A DNA stretch of 64,000 nucleotides from Macrostomum lignano (taxonomy: Eukaryota). Of the stretch, positions 58,701-64,000 are shown piece after piece. The translations under genes were made by a program, and so were the position numbers. The stretch spans positions 62,001-126,000 of the forward strand of contig NIVC01002188.1 of NCBI GenBank assembly GCA_002269645.1, in the 5' to 3' direction. Under the pieces are notes generated by a model. It made no database searches and was not told the DNA's origin. It worked only from the letters and a program-made list of their open reading frames with translations. Positions within the stretch are counted from its first letter, which is position 1. Each line of letters starts with the position of its first letter.

Positions 58701-60138
58701 GGCGCTGGTGACGGCGGACGCGAACCGGCTGGCGGCGACGGGCACCGTGCGTGGGGGCGCTCCGGCCAGCTGGCCAGGGCCTCGTCGAGGGTCCGCTGGA
58801 ACAGGTCCCAGTCCGCCTTGTGGTAGGCGTACCGCGTCAGGCGCTTGGAGCTGGAGCGGGCCGGGCCGGAGGCTGCGATGTCGATGATGATCGGCAGGTG
58901 GTCCGAGCCGATGTGCTCCCCGGTTCGCCACTCAATCCGGTCTTGCCAGGAGGCGTGGGCGAAGGAGACGTCAGGGGAGCTCGGCAGGCCGCGGGGGCTG
59001 ATCCTAGTTGGGGAGCCGTCGTTCAGAGCGACTAGGTCGTAGGTCGTCGCCCAGTCTTCGAGGGCCCTGCCCAGCTCGTCGTCGTCCGCCGAGGCGTCCC
59101 ACATCCCGTGGTGGGCGTTGAAGTCGCCCAGCACCAACGAGTCCCGTGAAACGGGGATCCAGTCGGGCTCGAAGGCGTCCGTGCGGCCGTCTGCGGCGCG
59201 GACCGGCGGGAGGTAGATGTTGATCACATCCAGGGGGCGCGGAAGCCGGGGGTCGTGGATACGGAGGCCCGAGGCTTTGGCGGACGTGGCGTGGGTGACG
59301 AGCTCGCCTAGTGGAAGGTCGGCGAATTGAATGCCCTCCTTGACAAGGAAGCAGACGCCCCCGTGGTGGGTTCTGGCTGCCTCCCCGTCGCGGCCGGTGT
59401 TGCGGTCCTTCCGGCCAGCGATCTGCCACCCTTTGAGGCGTGGGGCCGCTGTGTGGCCGGACAGGTTCGTCTCCTGGATGCAGGCGACGTCGGCGCCCTG
59501 CTTCTCCAGGAAGTGGAGCAGTTCCAGCTTGCGGGAGCGGAGCCCTGCCGCGTTGAGCTGGACGATGCGGAAAGCCGCCCCGCTGTTGTTCGGCGCCCCC
59601 GCCCGCGCTGGTTGCGCCATCAGGGGGGGGGGTGCCGGCGCGGGGTTCGGGGGAGGTGGAGTCGTGGCCGTTGGCGTCTGGTGGGTGCCAGTGGGGCCTG
59701 CAGCCGCGGAGGGGGCCGGAGTCGCGGCGGGCTGCGGCGCTGAAGCGGCAGGCTGGGGCACAGGTGGGGCAGTGCCACGGCGCATTGTCCCGGTGGAGCC
59801 GGTTGATAGCCGCAATAGTGAGGCGGGAACAGCGGCGGTGCCACCACAGGCCGCAGCCGGAGCAGCGGGTGGAGTAGCCCCTGGCCACCTCCTCGCACAG
59901 CCTCCGCACGGGAAGGCCGGCCCAGGGTTGGACTCGACGTCTCCAGCTCTGAGAAGCAGCTGAGCCAGGTGAGCTGGGAGGTCTGGCTCAGCGTGGAAAA
60001 ACCCGGGGCGCTCGAAGACCCTCGCACGGGTCCAGGGTGGTGGCTGCACTTGGCCGGGCGAACCCGGACGGTCCCGCCGCGTGAAGGCGGCAGCCATGGG
60101 AAGCGCGCGAGCGCGCTCCGGGAGGCAGAACCTCCCGA
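55714..60138 (-). mobile_element. Full-length Ingi-like non-LTR retrotransposon (single ORF: 2A-PHD-APE-RT-RNase H-CCHC) with several frameshifts
   Basis: 15-bp TSD CCCCTGGCTCTTGGT (55699-55713, 60139-60153) and a (CAA)n tail. ATG 60097 to TAA 55725. Motifs DVESNPGP, VQLNAAGL, IQET, GDFNAH, SDHLP, RPISL, DFSRAYD, PQGSVL, YADD, WTDSS, RAEESA, TDSQS, NDAAD, CPRC..H..C. Very GC- and CpG-rich relative to its flanks. Confidence 0.93.
60042..60132 (-). ncRNA. Candidate HDV-like self-cleaving ribozyme at the 5' end of the Ingi-like element
   Basis: Manual fold: P1 GGUUCU/GGGACC, J1/2 hairpin, P2 GGCUGC/GCAGCC, P3 GCC/GGC, L3 UUCACGC, GU after P1, P4 CCGGG-UUCG-CCCGG, J4/2 C-CAA. The 5' strand of P1 is the uncertain part. 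Confidence 0.7.
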
Positions 60139-60824
60139 CCCCTGGCTCTTGGTACAGTACGTGGTCGTCCCTGTTTCTTGGTGGGCACCCCTGTCTCTTG
60201 GTGGGCACCCCTGTCTCTTGGTGGGCACCCCTGTCTCTTGGTGGGCGTACCTGGCTCTTGGTGGGCACCAGTGCAAGGACCACTAGGAACACTAGTAGTC
60301 CTTGCACCAGTGTCTCTTGATGGGCGCCCCTGTCTCTTAGTGAGCGCCCCTGGCTCTCGGTGAGCGCCCCTGGCTCTCGGTGAGCGCCCCTGGCTCTCGG
60401 TGGGCGCCCCTGTGTCTCGGTGGGCGCCCCTGTCTCCTAGGCCGGTAGATGCCGGATCTGCCACGCCCAAGAGGTGACAAAAGTTGAGCTCCTGTCGTCT
60501 CCTGCAGGCTGGCAACTGCGCAAAACTTGCACGAAAAAGACAGGAGCTTTTAATAAGAAACGGTGACCGTTGGCGAACTCTGATTGAGAATAACCAATAT
60601 TATAATATATTTATATACTACTTTAATCCAACATATAAAGATTAATATATAGGGCAAAGCTATTTCAATCAAAATTAAACTGAATTAATAATTCAATAGC
60701 TGTGCGACATCTGTGACGACAATTTTACAAAATTCACAATAGAAAGCATTATTAATTATTAGAGATATGGCCTGACCAGGCAACTGAAACAATGTCCAAG
60801 TGTAATCACTTGAAGAAGTGCAAT

Positions 60825-60935
60825 CTCTGGCGTGAATTGGGATTTCAGGCGTGAATTGGGATCTCAGGTGAATTGGGATATTTCAGGTGAATTGGGATTT
60901 CAGGCGTGAATTGGGATTTCAGGTAAATTGGGATT
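60825..60935. repeat. ~20-bp tandem repeat (GTGAATTGGGATTTCAGGC)
   Basis: About 6 copies. Confidence 0.85.
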
Positions 60936-61394
60936 CCAGTCAATTAGAATTTAATTCATAATATTGCCTAAAGACACCACCATTTAACAGCAAACCAAAC
61001 CAGTATAAAGATGATATGAAATTGCAACACTGAATAAGCGCGGTATTGCTGCATTCAAGATTCGGAATAGCATTGGAGGCCGTTTTAACAAAACACGCGT
61101 AGGTAGAATTGACTTATTTTAATAATAGATATAATAACTGTTTACAATAAAAATAAACATTTCTTCACAGTATAGTTGAACAGCAGACAGCACAAGGCTA
61201 CGAGGAAATAAGCAAAACAAAAATTAGTAACCTTGATGATTATGTGTAATAAAAGTTCAGAACACAAATAAAGTTATCTTGAAATGTCTACAGAAAAAAA
61301 CATACGACTGTATTAACAAATTGAAGAGTACAAGAGGGAGACTCTGCTGTAAAATTGACACTTTCATGCGGTCACCAAGTAGTACAATGATATA

Positions 61395-61625
61395 CTGGGA
61401 TCTGGTGGCCCAGCAACTGAGGATCTGGGAGGCTGGTGGCCCAGCAACTGAGGATCTGGGAGGCTGGTGGCCCAGCAACTGAGGATCTTGGAGGCTGATA
61501 GCCCAGTAACTGAGGAACTGGGAAGCTGGCCCAGCAACTGAGGATCTGGGAGGCTGGCCCAGCAACTGAGCATCGGGGAGGCTGGCCCAGCAACTGAGGA
61601 TCTGGGAGGCTGGCCCAGTAACTGA
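61395..61625. repeat. 28/32-bp tandem repeat (GGCCCAGCAACTGAGGATCTGGGAGGCT)
   Basis: About 7-8 copies. Confidence 0.9.
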
Positions 61626-62119
61626 AAAGGCGCCACCGGAAGCTCCAAAAGTGATAAACCAAAGAGCAGCAAAATGAAGCCTCATCATAAAAAGACAGTG
61701 TACTGAAAAAGACGCACAATATTGGCTACATACTACTAGAATGAATATAGGCGGTACACGCGCATCAGCTCATGCAAGCAAAAATCAGGTGCGCCACAAC
61801 GCGGAAAAAACGGACAAAGGAAATATTGTTTTCTGTTCGTTGTAAGTGGCTTTTAACAGACTAATCAATAGCAGAATTTATATCGGCACAGAGTCAGTCG
61901 CCGCTGCGCATAAACACGACTCGTACTACTATTAAAAAGTAGCATACACGAACTCTTAGGAGTTGGCAACATATTCGCAAGGACACGATGAGGATGACGC
62001 GAAATTTAATTAAGGAGATCGCAATCACCATTATATAAGCCTCTGACTGAATTCGCACATACGCTAGGATATTACTAATAGTAGAGAAACTCTAACATTC
62101 TTGGCGGTAGAACTCTCAC

Positions 62120-63905
62120 TGACTGTCGCTTTAACTGACTAACTGTCTAATTAACTAACTCACTAATTAACTGACTAACTCACTAATTAACTGACTAACT
62201 CACTAATTAACTGACTAACTCACTAATTAACTGACTAACTCACTAATTAACTGACTAACTCACTAATTAACTAACTAACTAACTGACTAACTAACTAACT
62301 AACTAACTGACTAACTCACTAATTAACTGACTAACTCACTAATTAACTGACTAACTCATTAATTAACTGACTAACTCACTAATTAACTGACTAACTCACT
62401 AATTAACTGACTAACTCACTAATTAACTGACTAACTCACTAATTAACTGACTAACTCACTAATTAACTGACTAACTCACTAATTAACTGACTAACTCACT
62501 AATTAACTGACTAACTCACTAATTAACTGACTAACTCACTAATTAACTGACTAACTCACTAATTAACTGACTAACTCACTAATTAACTAACTAACTAACT
62601 GACTAACTGACTAACTAACTAACTGACTAACTCACTAATTAACTGACTAACTCACTAATTAACTGACTAACTCATTAATTAACTGACTAACTCACTAATT
62701 AACTGACTAACTCACTAATTAACTGACTAACTCACTAATTAACTGACTAACTCACTAATTAACTGACTAACTCACTAATTAACTGACTAACTCACTAATT
62801 AACTGACTAACTCACTAATTAACTGACTAACTCACTAATTAACTGACTAACTCACTAATTAACTGACTAACTCACTAATTAACTGACTAACTCACTAATT
62901 AACTGACTAACTCACTAATTAACTAACTAACTAACTGACTAACTGACTAACTAACTAACTGACTAACTCACTAATTAACTGACTAACTCACTAATTAACT
63001 GACTAACTCACTAATTAACTGACTAACTCACTAATTAACTGACTAACTCACTAATTAACTGACTAACTCACTAATTAACTGACTAACTCACTAATTAACT
63101 GACTAACTCACTAATTAACTGACTAACTCACTAATTAACTGACTAACTCACTAATTAACTGACTAACTCACTAATTAACTGACTAACTCACTAATTAACT
63201 GACTAACTCACTAATTAACTAACTAACTAACTGACTAACTGACTAACTAACTAACTGACTAACTCACTAATTAACTGACTAACTCACTAATTAACTGACT
63301 AACTCACTAATTAACTGACTAACTCACTAATTAACTGACTAACTCACTAATTAACTGACTAACTCACTAATTAACTGACTAACTCACTAATTAACTGACT
63401 AACTCACTAATTAACTGACTAACTCACTAATTAACTGACTAACTCACTAATTAACTAACTGACTAACTGACTAACTCACTAACTCACTAATTAACTAACT
63501 GACTAACTGACTAACTGACTAACTAATTAACTAACTGACTAACTGACTAACTCATTAATTAACTGACTAACTCATTAATTAACTGACTAACTCACTAATT
63601 AACTGACTAACTCACTAATTAACTGACTAACTCACTAATTAACTGACTAACTCACTAATTAACTAACTGACTAACTGACTAACTGACTAACTCACTAATT
63701 AACTGACTAACTCACTAATTAACTGACTAACTCACTAATTAACTGACTAACTCACTAATTAACTAACTGACTAACTGACTAACTGACTAACTAATTAACT
63801 AACTGACTAACTGACTAACTAACTAACTGACTAACTAACTAACTAACTAACTAACTGACTATCTTACTGACTAACTAACTAACAAATTAATTAATTAACT
63901 AACTA
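62120..63905. repeat. Minisatellite, 20-bp unit (ACTAACTCACTAATTAACTG), ~1.8 kb
   Basis: Highly homogeneous array with interspersed (CTAA)n/(CTGACTAA)n variants. Confidence 0.97.
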
Positions 63906-64000
63906 ACCCCAATTTAGACCCAACCCAGAAATGAAAATTGTCATAGTGATGGTCTTACTGCAGTCGGCAGCTTCAACAGCATGATTCCACAACCCAACCA

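Noticed and set aside
57459-58826. 455-aa plus-strand ORF and other long antisense ORFs within the Ingi-like element
   Set aside because: Shadow ORFs expected from very high GC content opposite a real coding strand.
63931-63984. MKIVIVMVLLQSAASTA signal-peptide-like micro-ORF
   Set aside because: Stops after 17 codons with no donor site; another frame is open and fits the upstream acceptor better.

Overview
Eukaryotic (invertebrate, probably lophotrochozoan) genomic DNA with spliceosomal introns and more than 25 distinct minisatellite arrays. The lophotrochozoan-type GluCl and the intron-filling minisatellites are compatible with a free-living flatworm such as Macrostomum, but this is an inference. 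Genes: the 5' three coding exons of CDK10 (minus strand, runs off the left edge); two tandem paralogues of a 3-exon gene that the ORF track fragments (signal peptide + Arg/Tyr/Ser/Gly-rich cationic segment + hydrophobic tract + Shisa-like Cys module + TM + PPxY tail); an intronless 720-aa polyQ protein with PP1-docking motifs; and a 10-exon lophotrochozoan-type glutamate-gated chloride channel subunit (minus strand). Mobile DNA: four hAT-like non-autonomous elements (one nested), an internally deleted mariner, a TIR element inserted into the last codons of one Shisa-like paralogue, an RTE-like fragment, a full-length LOA/R1-like LINE, and a full-length Ingi-like LINE. The strongest novel signals are: (i) the Ingi-like element, whose 5' end folds as an HDV-like ribozyme overlapping the start codon and is followed by a 2A StopGo peptide and a PHD finger; (ii) the duplicated cationic Shisa-like gene pair, one copy of which gained a new C-terminus ending in a PDZ-type motif from a transposon; (iii) a 1.8-kb array built from branch-point/STAR-protein motifs. 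Gene models were assembled by eye from splice signals and reading-frame phase and have no expression support.
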